From assembly GCA_951406725.2 (NCBI GenBank), contig OX597816.1, forward strand, positions 126,542,001 to 126,606,000: 64,000 nucleotides of DNA, read 5' to 3'. The position numbers and the translations under genes were made by a program. How positions within the stretch are numbered: the stretch's first letter is position 1; every line of letters starts with the position of its first letter. This document shows positions 1-12,329 of the stretch, in pieces. The notes under the pieces are model-generated. The model was not told the origin of the DNA, did not search any database, and was given only the letters and a program-made list of their open reading frames with translations. The stretch comes from Octopus vulgaris (taxonomy: Eukaryota).

Positions 1-520
1 TGTGTGTGTGTGTGTATTGCATGCATAAAGTCTTTTCTTTTTTTTTTTGCTTGTCACTCGTAATTGTGTAATGGGTTTTTTTTCAAATTTTTTATATGAA
101 GGAATGTTATCAGAGTATTAGCATAACCCTGACCGCATGTGTAGCAGAATTCTGCAGGTAATCCTGGTGTAACAGATTTTGCTATAACTTGTTTTTGTTT
201 TTGTTATTCCAACCAATTTGACTCTGCAACATTTACTCTTTTCCTTTAACTCTCTGCTATTTATTGGATTCACTTGCTGTCTTCTCCCATATAGTCACAG
301 TTAGGTTATCTGTTTCATTGGAGTATATTTTATGACAGAGGTGGTTTGGCACTCTTCTTTGATGGCTTCCATATTTCAGCTTACTGTAGAGCACAGCCAT
401 CGGTGTCCTAGTATCCTCTATGCAGATCACATATCACATCCAGCACAGCTGTGATTTGAGCAGAATGGACTCAATCTTTAGTATATCAGCTTGCTTAGGA
501 CCTTGGAAATGTGATCTTAC

Positions 521-599
521 CAAAAAGTGTTTGTTAAAGAATAGATCATTGCTGGTACAACTGGTAGCTCATCAGTTATTGATATGCATTCAATGCAGT
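521..599 (-). other. Candidate 79-nt exon on the minus strand (coding status unknown)
   Basis: Minus strand reads cttttcttttctatttttgttgtattttatAG|ACTGC...TTTTG|GTAAGA: long pyrimidine tract, AG and a strong donor. One open frame (CIECISITDELPVVPAMIYSLTNTF). No homology recognised. Confidence 0.3.
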
Positions 600-3500
600 C
601 TATAAAATACAACAAAAATAGAAAAGAAAAGATAGTACTGCTACTCAGTAAAATTTTCTAACAGTTTTAACAATTTTATGCTATATCGTTTCCATAATCA
701 GTCAAATCAGTCATTCAGCTTCTGAAAGTAACCACAGCCAACTAACTGCTGCATGCTATGATCTACCTCTTCATCCAAGCTGTTGGTGAAAGCATACTGC
801 CCAAATACGCAAACATTTTCATTGCACTTAGAAACTGATTTACAATTATAATGCTCAGAGGTTTGTATTCCAGGTTTAGGTTAATGCAACACTTCAGTCT
901 TTTCATATTTATTGATAAGCCAAAAGCTTATTTCACAATACAAAATAGTACATAATTTTTCTCTATATTTTCCAGTGTATGAACCATATCTCACACATGC
1001 ATCCAAGCGCGCACACACACACACACACACACACATGTAAAGACACTAAATAATTCTGTAGGCTCTCTTAATTCTTTTCACGCAGTACTTTCTTCTTTGT
1101 CTGCCTTATCTCTTGCTCTCTTTCCCTCCCTCTCTCTCTATGATCTGTGTTTCTGTAGCCTTCTATCACTATGCATTTGGGTCATTTTTTCTTTATCTTT
1201 CCCTTCCAACACATAATTTCTCCAACAAAGAAAACAGCACAAATTATTCCGTTTTCTTAAATTTTATTGAAGTGATTTTTTGCCTTTACTATCAGACTCT
1301 TGTATGTTGTTTGTTGCCTTAATATCTACGTTGGTACAACAAAGTTTTTGACAAATCGTCTATTGATCATAATCTTCAAAGAAAACAATAAAAATGTTTT
1401 AATACTTTTTGCATATGTGTGAGCAGTTTAGAGTTGGGGTTAGAATACAATGATTAGTGTCCATGATCCAATTCTGATTCATAGTGGAAGCTTTTGTACT
1501 TCACTGACAGAACTAATAATTTTGGAAAAGGTGTCGGCATTAGAACTTACAATTTATCATACTCAAATAGATGTGAGGTCACATACCTATGTAAGAAATC
1601 AATATGTTCTGCATACATAGTTACTAACATAAAGAAAAATGCATAGACAAAGTTGGTCTGGAATAATGTATGCCTTGGAATAATATTTAATGGCAATTCT
1701 TTTTCAATATGTAAAGAACTTTGTAAATTTTATGATGGTATTGCTAATACCAGTGGTGGAGATATTTGCAGCCAGTGGTAGCAGCAAAAGTGGTGTGATG
1801 GTAACGATGCTGGTAATTGCTGCAGTAACATTGTAGTTTATCATGAGACAAGAAGTGGCTAAACACTAACGCTTAAATATTATACAACAAAAATGAAAAC
1901 AAGTGAAAAAAAATGTTTTTTTTTCTTATTTTTTAACAATAAACATGCTATTGATTATTTATATGGGAGTCAACTAATATATAGTGTGTTGTATTTTTAT
2001 TGAGAATAATAACTGCACAAGAATTGTAATAACTTTCAAAATAGCTAATTCAAACATATCTATGCATATAAGAATGCTGGAAGATGATACCTATAATAAT
2101 CTATAATTCTTATAATACTTTTGTATAAAATGATCATTTTTTTATATTAAGTTTAATGTCTCTCTTTTATAAAACTGGTATTCCTCACAAAACAATTTTT
2201 TAAAATTTGTTTTCATATTCTACGGATGTCCTTTTTGTAATATTCATGAAAAAAAAATGTTTTTAAATACATTCTGCAGAAAAGATCTCTTGAAAAAGAA
2301 TCGACTAAAGAAATTGCTTTTAAAAAAGTTACATGATTTTCATATACTACAATTTGTTTATGAAATAGCATCTATCTAGATATAACATAATGAACTACAA
2401 TATAGGATAATTTAAAATTGCAAGATGTGGAGATGAGCCTACAGAAAGAATATACAGAAAAAGTTATATCCTCAGTGAATTTAATATAATACATAGAAAT
2501 TTAGGTCATTGAGTAAAATAAAATTTTAAGCTGAGGCTTTTATAGATATTTTGATAAAATGAACAGTAATATTACCATTGTTCATGATACTGTATCACAT
2601 GTCTATTTTCTGTTTTTAAGACTTGTGTAGTTGCAAAAGCATTAACACGGATAACATGATTGTCAAATTAGAATAGGGTAATAAAATTATTGCATGCTAG
2701 TAGTAATTGAATATATACAAATATATGCAATACCTGTACATTATAGCTTTTCCCCATGAAGAAAATAAACAGATGGGGAATTCTTGCAATAAAGAAAATA
2801 GAGAATGAAGAGAATCAGATAATTTTGTCACCTTCAGAGTGTAGGATTTTAGAACAAGCTCTTAGGTGAAAATATATATTTTGACACCCAGTCTTGAAGA
2901 GTATGCAGTACTGCAGATGGGCTCTGAATCTGCAGTTTTCTTAAATAATTTGTAGTTAAGACAAAATATTTGATCAATTTTTACCTATTTTATGAAATTG
3001 TTTATCCCTTCTCATTATCAAAGGACAATCGAATGACAAAGAGTTTTGTCTCAGCCAGCAATTTCATTTGTGTTGCAATTACATCAGTAGATATGTTTAT
3101 TATAATTAACAAATATAATTAATTATCTTCATTTCTGAATTCGTTTGATTCAATTTATGGCTATCCAATATTATGCTCTATAGCATTAATCTGGTAATTT
3201 CCTGCCAAACTAGTTACAAAGAATCTTGTATCTTCAAAGAGTCTGTTGAACTGAGGAGTCATAACTGAGCCATTAAATGTCAATTTTCATATATATTCTC
3301 TTAATGTATATTCATTTATCTGATATTCTTTCATGTTTGCTATTAGAAATGTTCAAATACAAACAATAGCTAAGAATGAGCTTATTCACTCTATTACGTG
3401 ATGCATTCTCTTTTAAGTTTTCTTTCAAATGGACAAAATTTATTGTCCATGTATGAAATCTGGAATTTTTGAAGTTGGATATTTAATACTAGTGTCAGCA

Positions 3501-4872
3501 ATAGATGGTCCTGTATAGTTCTTATAGTAAAATTATATTTTCTACTTACTTTCATTGGTAGTCAAATACTTGATTATTTCAGAATTATAAAATATACAAT
3601 TCATGAATAATTTATGGCATTGAAACCTTTTGTAATTTGAGAAAAATGACACTTTGCTTGTGAAAATACTTTATGTCCTCTTTTGGTTTTCAAATCTTGA
3701 ATACTAATATATCAAGAACCAGTAACATATAGAGTATAAATTAGATTTTACTTAAAAAAGTTTATATAAATTATTATTATTTTTCCCATCTGCGTGTCAT
3801 TTTATATAAATCATTACTGATGATTGGATTAAAAGCAAATTATATAGAAGAAAAACTCCTTCTTAACATCTGGTACAGTTACTTTATTTATTCACACATG
3901 GTTGTAGTGAAATTACTGGTTCTTTGCTTATTTGCTTTTAGTAAAAAAAAAAATTAAAAAAAAGCAACAAAACTACTCAGAATCTTTGATACTTCCAAAT
4001 TTCTGAAAAATTTCATTAGAACTTTAAAAGAAAAGCAAATTAAATTCCATTAACAAAAGAAATTTCGCTATTCAGCAAAATTAAATGTGGCATTTGGTCA
4101 AACTGAAAGTATTACTAAAAGTGTGATAAAAATAAGCATTAGATTTACTTAATTTCCTTCATGTCAAATGTGCACTTAGCTGATTGCTGTATCATTTAGA
4201 AGTTTTCTGTATAATACATATTGTAAGTTAAAAGGATATATGTTAATTACATAGAATAGTTTTAAAAGTTTAGCAAAACAATTCAGTACCATCAAGTATG
4301 AAATTTTTCAAGTTTAATATTGTGGTTAATTTTTTTCATTCATTCTTTTATTATTTATATATGTCCCATATTTCTTACCTAAGATTTTGTCTCTCAAAGT
4401 TTTTGCTCTTAATTTAATATAATTAGATCATTTATTAAAGAACCCATTATTATTTTTATGAAATAACTAATGCTACACTATGATATATTATTAATGGGAA
4501 AAACTAAAAACTAAGCTAAGAGTAAACATTTATAAAATGGTATCTCTTGCTGCCATTAGCACAAAATATTTTTCTTTAACAGAGAAACTGATGTTAAATC
4601 TATAAATTTTTCTAATTTCCACTTAGAATGTATCACAATCTTTTCTGGAAATGAATTAACAAAAATTAATGGACAGTATATGTTCTTTTATTTCTTTACT
4701 GGTTGTAGTCATTAGATAGCAACCTTGTAGTGGCAATCCTACAGTTTAGCACCATAGCCTAGGAATGACTAATACATTCATACAATGGAATTCGGCAAAT
4801 AAAACTAGGTGGAAACCTGTCATCTATCTATCTGTCTATCTGTAAGCTTGTTAAGCTTATATGTGTGCATGT

Positions 4873-5259
4873 GTGGAGGCGCAATGGCCCAGTGGTTAGG
4901 GCAGCAGACTCACGGTCATAAGATCGCGGTTTCGATTCCCAGACCGGGTGTTGTGAGTGTTTATTGAGCGAAAACACCTAAAGCTCCACGAGGCTCCAGC
5001 AGGTGATGGTGGTGATCCCTGCTGTACTCTTTCACCACAACTTTCTCTCACTCTTACTTCCTGTTTCTGTTGTACCTGTATTTCAAAGGGCCGGCCTTGT
5101 CACTCTCTATGTCACGCTGAATATCCCCGAGAACTACATTAAGGGTACACGTGTCTGTGGAGTGCTCAGTCACTTACACGTTAATTTCACGAGCAGGCTG
5201 TTCCGTTGATTCGGAACAACCGGAACCCTCGTCGTCGTAACCGACAGAGTGCTTCCAAA
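4873..5259 (+). mobile_element. Full-length tRNA-derived SINE (OR1/OR2-like head)
   Basis: A box TGGCCCAGTGG and B-box-like GTTTCGATTCC. 12-bp TSD ATGTGTGCATGT at 4861-4872 and 5260-5271. Head shared with the copy at 39171. Confidence 0.9.
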
Positions 5260-5587
5260 ATGTGTGCATGTTCATTGTTTACTGAGTATAATTGCAAAAG
5301 ATAAACTGAAAAACTAGTGCTTTACAATGGTACCCCTTTAGATATTTGTTCTACAGTGTGTTACAAACACACCTTCATCAATATTACCATCAAGAATAGA
5401 GTAAACAAGTAATTAGCCTGTATATACTGTTAGAATGTACTATAGACAATATCTATGGAATTTTGGGTGACACTATACATTAATTCTGATGTAAATAAAG
5501 TCTGAACACAGCATTGACTAAAATTTCTCTAAGTATATACTATTGCACATAACAAAATATGCAAAATACTGTCAACATAAAAGTAAT

Positions 5588-5639
<52 letters not shown>
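5588..5639. repeat. (TA)n microsatellite
   Basis: Direct observation. Confidence 0.95.
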
Positions 5640-5642
<3 letters not shown>

Positions 5643-5835
5643 AGAGTTTACGAAAAAAACAAAAAACGAAGACAGGTGGTGTAAAAAACAAACAGATGTA
5701 TTAGTATAACGCTCAGGAATAGAAAAAGTCTTTTACATTTCGAGCCTACGCTCTTCTACAGAAAGGGACACAGAAAAAACAAGGGGAGAAACAAGGAGAG
5801 AAAAAAAGTGTGTGTAGTGGCTAACGATCTATCAA
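5640..5835 (-). mobile_element. Penelope-like element 3' terminal (pLTR-type) fragment with HHR-like motif
   Basis: Reverse complement aligns with the tail of the GIY-YIG element at 52990-53130. Abuts (TA)n. HHR-like motif at 5730-5765. Confidence 0.7.
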
Positions 5836-5959
5836 GGGTAAGATCCAGATATCCAAGTGTATGTAGTTTGTAAGCAATCCATGGCAGGTATAGGAAACAA
5901 GAAGTGGGCTGTGTATAGTCCACTGTGTATAGAAAACAAAAAGTGGACACATATATATA

Positions 5960-6296
5960 CAGTGGCAGACTGGCCAGGTTGCCAGTTTGCCTGATATCAA
6001 GTGAGCCCCTGCGCTATTAGAATCCATTTATGTGGGCCCTTGTTAGTATCTAAGGAGCCCATCCACTCAAGTTTTGAGAATTTTTTATTCACTCCTGGGA
6101 GAATGCATTAATTATTTCAGCCTGGCTGTGTTTGCAGACAGTTGTAAAGAATACTTTTAACAAAAAAAAAAAATTAAATGATAGCATAGTAGTTGTGAGT
6201 AGGCTCCCTTGTAATTGCAGGTGGGCTCCCTTGTAATTGTGTGTGGGCCCCCTTAGTCCCCAGGCAACCAATATTTTTAGACCAAGTTTACTATTG
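5960..6296. mobile_element. Non-autonomous DNA transposon (hAT-like MITE)
   Basis: Degenerate TIRs CAGTGGCAGACTGGCC / GACCAAGTTTACTATTG. Flanks TATATATA / TATATATG resemble an 8-bp TSD. Internal repeated GGGCCC/GGCTCCC motifs. Confidence 0.5.
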
Positions 6297-6879
6297 TATA
6301 TATGTATACTGTGAGGTAGACCAATGTCTATCAGTACTAGTTTCAACTATCCACTAAGAAATTAATACTTCAGTATCAGCTAGTTTCTATCTTTACTCAT
6401 CCCAATTAAATAATTATTACAACCATTCCTTCCCCTTAATGACAGCAACTATCTGCTCCTGTTCCCCTCTTTCTCCTCCACCTCCATTTCTTCATTCTTA
6501 TCAACCTTATACAATTCCCACTCTCACATATTTGACGTCATCCTTCTCTTTCTTAGTTCTTGACCATTTTATTTTTTCAAGCACTTTTTCTTTTTAATTC
6601 TGTTCTTCTGGCTTCACTATTCATTTCAACTCACATTTTCAGTGAGTCAACTTGGAAATTCCAAGCAACAACGTAACCTTCCTGTAATAAAGGTATTCTC
6701 AGCCTGATGATGAGTTAATTTGAGTACCACTCATTGAGTAATTATTACATCAGAGGATCAGCTAGCTAAGAAACCTATATAGCCTGCATTTTACTTGTTC
6801 TGCTCCCTCAATTTGGATAAGATTAGAAACCTCTCCTCTTTCTCCAAGGTCTGTTTTGTGTCTATCTGAGAACTGGTCT

Positions 6880-7569
6880 TACACCTGTGTGTATGCATGC
6901 TTGTATGTGCATGTAGATGTGTGTTTGCTTAGAAGAAGAGGTATAGCAGAGACTAAACAAAAGGTTTGTGTGTGTGTGTGTGTGTGTGTGTGGTTGTCTG
7001 TACACCTGTGTGACTGCATCTATGTGTGATTGTGAGTGTGTGTGCCCCAAACATGTATGACCTCTTTGCATCTTGGCATTTTGTTTTTCTTGTTCTTGGT
7101 AAGTTTCATGTCTATGGAAGATTTATGGATTTAAGGTGTAGTTCTTTACATGGAGGAGGGGAGAACTGGGTTGGTGTGTGAGTACCTGCTTGCACATGTG
7201 TGTGTGTATGTGTGTGAGTATCTGCATGCATGTGTGTGTGCATGTGCACAAGTGTGTGGACTAGTATGCTTGCATTGTTGAGTTGGTTATAAGGTTGATT
7301 CTGTGAGTGTGTGTGTGTGTGTGTGTATGTTCATGTATGTGAATGTGTGAACGTGTGAGTGTTTTCTTATTTGAATATATTCCTGCATGTGTGTGTGAAT
7401 ATCTGGTGGATTTTGAATCGGCAAGTATCTGTATATATATGATTGTGTGTGTATGTACCTATGCATGTATGTGTGTGCATGCCTGTGCCTGCACATGTGT
7501 GTGTGTACATGTGTATGCATGGGTTGTGTGAATGCATGTGTGGTTGTGTATTTTTATGTTCCTGTATGT
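6880..7569. repeat. Degenerate (TG)n/(TGCA)-rich low-complexity tract
   Basis: Direct observation; source of the spurious His/Thr- and Cys/Val-rich ORFs. Confidence 0.85.
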
Positions 7570-7907
7570 GTGTTTATAAGCCATTTAAGAAACACACAGA
7601 AACCGTTAGATTCACTTCAACATTCAAATTTAATTTGTCAAAATATTTTTGTTGCTTTGAGACCGCGACCTGTTCACTTACAAAACTCCATGCTGCATCT
7701 CCGTGCTGCAGCACGGAGTTTTGTAAGTGAACATGTCACAGTCTCAAAGCAACAAAAATATTTTGACAAATTAAATTTAAATGTTGAAGTGAATCTAACG
7801 GTTTTTGTGTGTTTCTTAAATTGCTTATAAACACCTTCCATGCTGCAATTGTTTTCGTTCCAGCACATGATCTCAGATCAGGTCACTTGCTATGCAAGTA
7901 CATCTCC

Positions 7908-7908
<1 letters not shown>
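7570..7908 (+). mobile_element. Fold-back repeat element with two degenerate G3-C8 HHR motifs
   Basis: Inverted arms 7570-7697 and 7707-7834; the right arm continues uniquely to (TA)n. Same family as 42627-42948. Confidence 0.8.
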
Positions 7909-7910
<2 letters not shown>

Positions 7911-7992
<82 letters not shown>

Positions 7993-8036
7993 TATACATA
8001 TACACATATATATATATATTGAGAGAGAGAGAGAGA
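7911..8036. repeat. (TA)n + (GA)n microsatellite
   Basis: Direct observation. Confidence 0.95.
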
Positions 8037-8076
8037 TGTCTATAGAATAAATGTTTGTATGTGTATATATATATCT

Positions 8077-8263
8077 GTGCTAGTGGCACATAAAAGCACC
8101 CATTACACTCTTGGAGTGGTTAGTGTTAGGAAGGGCATCCAGCTGTTGAAAACCATGCCAAATCAGACTGGAGTCTGGTGTAGCCTTCCAGTGTGCCAGA
8201 CCAGTTAAACCATCCAATCCATACCAGCATCGACAAAGGATTTTAAATGACGATGATGATGAT
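8077..8263 (+). mobile_element. SINE 3' fragment with (GAT)n tail
   Basis: GTTAGGAAGGGCATCCAGCTG motif and (GAT)n end, shared with 17524, 24758, 27238 and 59778. Confidence 0.75.
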
Positions 8264-9419
8264 GTATATACATAAATAAACGTATATATATATATTTATA
8301 TATATATATGTATTTATGTCTATATAGTCTTCTACTATATTGTAGGGCCAATCAAAGCCTTGTGAGTAGCTTTGGTAACTGGACACTGAAAGAAAACCTT
8401 CATATGTATGTATGTACGTATATATGCTTAAATATATGTGTGTGTGTTTGTGTGTATATACACAGACATACATTATCTGGGTGATATTTTCAACCAAGAC
8501 ATTCCAGTTGTATCTCATTCTTCAAGTGCTTCAATCCTGTGTATGCACATATATTACTATGGTTCCCCCATTTTGTGTTGATATGCCATTTTCTATCATT
8601 AAGAAAACTGTCGCCATTTTTGATGACATGGGTATGCTAGTATATGTATACAAATACATATATCCACGTATATGTGTGTGTGTGTGTGTGTGTGTGTTTG
8701 TGTGTGTAGGCAGACAAATGATCTTAATATTTCTTGGAAGCTCAGACTTCATTATTACTACTCCAGCTTTTACTTTTAGATAGAGGCTAAAAGAATTCAA
8801 GAACTCTTAACAAGCATATGTATATATAGTTAAAACAAAAAGTCCGTTGATTTTCCTAAAACCAATTTAAAAGTCTGATCGCATTGCTGTTATTTACTGA
8901 AGTCTTTCTGAAGCATTTCTTTTAGCATTTCATACATAATTTTTTTATTCAGTGTGATTTGAAATACTGTTCATCTATTAATAACTTTTCCTGAATCAGT
9001 GCTATCTTTAATCATTCTCTTGTGACATATTCCATTGTCGTACATGCAGTTTATATTCCATGCTGGTTAATTCTTTCTGTTTATTATTAATTTTCAGTTT
9101 CTTCTTTCTTTCGCTTTCTTTATCTTTTATATTACCATGTCTTCTTCCAAACTTTATGAATAATTCTAAGTTTTGCCTTTTCCCTTTCTAATATTCTTTT
9201 TTCTCCATCTTGTTTCATCTTCTGTCAGTTATATAACAACAAATCAAAGCAACATATAAAATTTCCATAACCAATTGTAATGTCAGCTGACTATTAAATT
9301 AAACTATTAAATCAATGAACATTTCATAGTTATGCATGTATGCACCCATCCATCCATCCATACATACATACATATATACATACATACATACATACATACA
9401 TACATACATAAAAAAACTA

Positions 9420-10210
9420 ATAAAATTAATGCCAGCTACACAATTTTTGTTGATGACCTAAAGCTATATTCTGGCAAAATGAACAATGTCAAGAGACAAT
9501 TACAACTAGTTACAACATTTTCACGGAGTATAGGAAAGGGCTTTAGGCAAAATAAATGCTCATATATGATAGTCAACTATGAAAGGATTGTTGACCAGGC
9601 AGGGAACATGTGCTTCAATGTCTTGTCTATTTCTTCCCAACTCCAATAATGAAAACTATAAGTATCTCAGAATTGATGAGAATGTTGCACATATTTAATT
9701 CTTTATTGCCCACAAGGGGCAATAAAGGGGACAAACAAGGATAGACGAGGACAAACAAATAGAGGGGACAAACAAGGACAGACAAAGGGACTAAGTTGAT
9801 TATATCGACCCCAATGTGTAACTGGTACTTATTTAATCAACTCCGAAAGGGTGAAAAGCAAAGTCGACCTTGGTGGAATTTGAACTCAGAACATAGCGGC
9901 AGACAAAATACTGTTAAGCATTTCACCTGGCGTGCTAACAATTCTGCCAGCTCACTGCCTTCAATGTTGCATATATTGGTGTTGTGACTAAAGCCAGAAT
10001 GACAAAACAGTACTTTGGTAGAATCCAGAGAATATGGAACTCAGAAAGCTTGCATTTAACAAGACCATATCTCACAACACTTTTGCAGTGCCAGTGATAT
10101 AGGACTGGACACATGATGACATCTGCAGCCTAGACATTAAAACTAGAAAGATGCTGACTACCCCTGGCAATTTTACTTCAACAGAGACACTGATAGGATC
10201 TGACATTACA
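9420..10210 (+). pseudogene. Degenerate non-LTR retrotransposon RT fragment (R4/Dong-like), interrupted by a SINE
   Basis: Translation IFVDDLKLYS...LVTTFSRSIG...NKCS...YKYL matches the RT catalytic motif and downstream domains. Stops and frameshifts present. Confidence 0.8.
9696..9962 (-). mobile_element. tRNA-like SINE, full length
   Basis: Minus strand AGGCAGTGAGCTGGCAGAA...GAGTTCAAATTCC (A/B boxes). 15-bp TSD AATGTTGCA(C/T)ATATT at 9681-9695 and 9963-9977. Confidence 0.88.
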
Positions 10211-10229
10211 CAGAAGGTGAGGAAGGAAG

Positions 10230-11215
10230 ACATTACTGTTAAGAAAGTTTCCTCTCAAGAAGTCTTAGAATCATTCTAGTTGAAAATCTGGAATGAGGAA
10301 AGAGATTTCAATCTTAAAGTATCATGGCTAAATGAAGTAAGGAGAGAATTCTGTACCAACATCAAAAGTAAAACATATACAATTGACCTGGAAACTTTCA
10401 CCATACCTATAGGCAAACTGTATATTGGGAAGAGCACCTAAAGGTACCTAATAGTTGGATATTGTTACAAGTGCTGACATTTTGCAGGAAACCAAATATT
10501 TGTATCTTCAAAAGCACTATGAAATGTCAAATTGACATGCCAAATTGGCTTACGTGGACAAATCTTGTCAAGAATGAAACCACTGAGTTGGTAGAAAACT
10601 ACAGGCCAATTGCTTGCCTAAACATTATGTACAAAATGTACTCAAGCTGCCTCAACTAATTCCTCCAGGATCTCTGTGAGTCGAACAACATAGTGACTGC
10701 TGAGCAGGCCAGTGGAAAGAAAGGAGTGTGGGATTGTGCCAAATAACTTTTGATAAACAAAGCTTTACTGTCTGAAGTGAAAAACATTGTAGAAACCTTG
10801 TAACAGTATGACTTCATTAGAGGAAGGCATTTGATTCTATTCCACACTCATAGCTGCTGAAATGTCTACGTTTGACAAAAGTGCTTGCTACCTTAATTGC
10901 TACTATTCAGAGGCTCACAAAGACCTGGACAACAATTCTTACACTTAGAACTGAGTGTGGAACAAGTGTCTCCAGCATTATATTTCAAAGGGAATATTCC
11001 AAGGAGACAGTCTTTCTGTAATTTTGTTCATTTTGGCATTAAATCATTGATAATTCCTGCTACAAAAGTCTACATGCTAGGGTCAGCAACTGTTAAAGAT
11101 ATCAATGTAACCTATAATTTCTTTGTGAATGACTTGAAGATTTATGCTAAAAATTTGAACAGTGCCAAAAAGTCAGCTGGAATTAATAACAATAATTTTC
11201 AGCTGACATAGGATT
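10230..11215 (+). pseudogene. Degenerate R4/Dong-like RT fragment (N-terminal RT domains up to the catalytic motif)
   Basis: NYRPIACLNIMYK, EQASGKKG, GIFQGDSL and FFVNDLKIYAK motifs across shifted frames. Confidence 0.85.
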
Positions 11216-11634
11216 TTGACCAAAAGAACTTGAGTGAATGAATTTTATTACTAGTCTCCCCACCTCCCTTGCCTCTCTACTTAGCATCCTTTTTCCTTCC
11301 TCTTAATGACATCTGTAGACACACCCACCTCATTTCCTTTTAGGGCAACCTACACTCTAACTCCTACTGTCATTGGTCACCTGATTTTAACTTTGTCTTT
11401 CTTTTCATTTTTTTCAACTCGCCATTCATGATGTGGCTAGTTTGATGATTTATTTGGTTATCTCTGCATGACAATGTAAAGAACATAGACATAATAGAAC
11501 CTGAAGATTAGCTAAGCTGGTTTTGTGTGTTACAACTTATGTAACAAGCATCACATTGCAATGAGACACTCATAGTCCGTCTGTGTTTACCTGTTCCTTG
11601 TCTTTCTATCATGGAACAGTACATTATATATGTG

Positions 11635-11665
<31 letters not shown>

Positions 11666-12329
11666 GAACATATTCATTAATGATATTCAAATGATGTTTG
11701 GAAAGGAGAAACTTGGTTATATTAAGGTTACACCTGTGCCCACCATACATTGCTGTCTTTTATATTGAATAAATTTCTCTTATGTTTATTTTTGTGCATG
11801 CAAATGTGCACATACATACATACATACAGGCATACATCAGCTGCAGCAGCAGCCATCCAAGAATTTAGATCTGGAGATCTACATTTCCAGCGACTTTGAG
11901 AGCCACCTTCCAGTGGTGTTGGGCATCAATGAAGAGCCCTTGACTACAACAAGACGACCAAAGTTCCTTTTTTTTCCCAAGATCTGGGGTCTCCCGCCCC
12001 TAAGCCCTAGACCATCACCTAATCACCCTTACCTGTCTTGTTGCTTAACAACAACAACAGCTGCAGCAGCAAGAGCAGCATCATAATCACTGTGATTTAT
12101 CAGCCACTTTTTCAAGCTTGCATTGAACATATGGAATTTGTTAAGGCAGATTTTCTATAGCTGGTTGCCCTTCTTGTTGCCAAGCACAGTAATATTTTCC
12201 CATCACTAATAGCTAGACATCTCTTTTTATTGATTACTAGTGACAAATAACTTCTCTCATGTGACAATGATGTTCATTTACAACCATCCCATGATGTCTA
12301 GACAAGGGCACACACAGACATGCAAAAAG

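Noticed and set aside
4875-4947. Genuine tRNA gene (also 39171 and 40441-40534)
   Set aside because: No proper acceptor stem; the heads continue into repeat bodies bounded by TSDs.
6704-6785. CTGATGA...GAAAC as a hammerhead (also CTGAAGA at 11501)
   Set aside because: No convincing stems I and II could be drawn.
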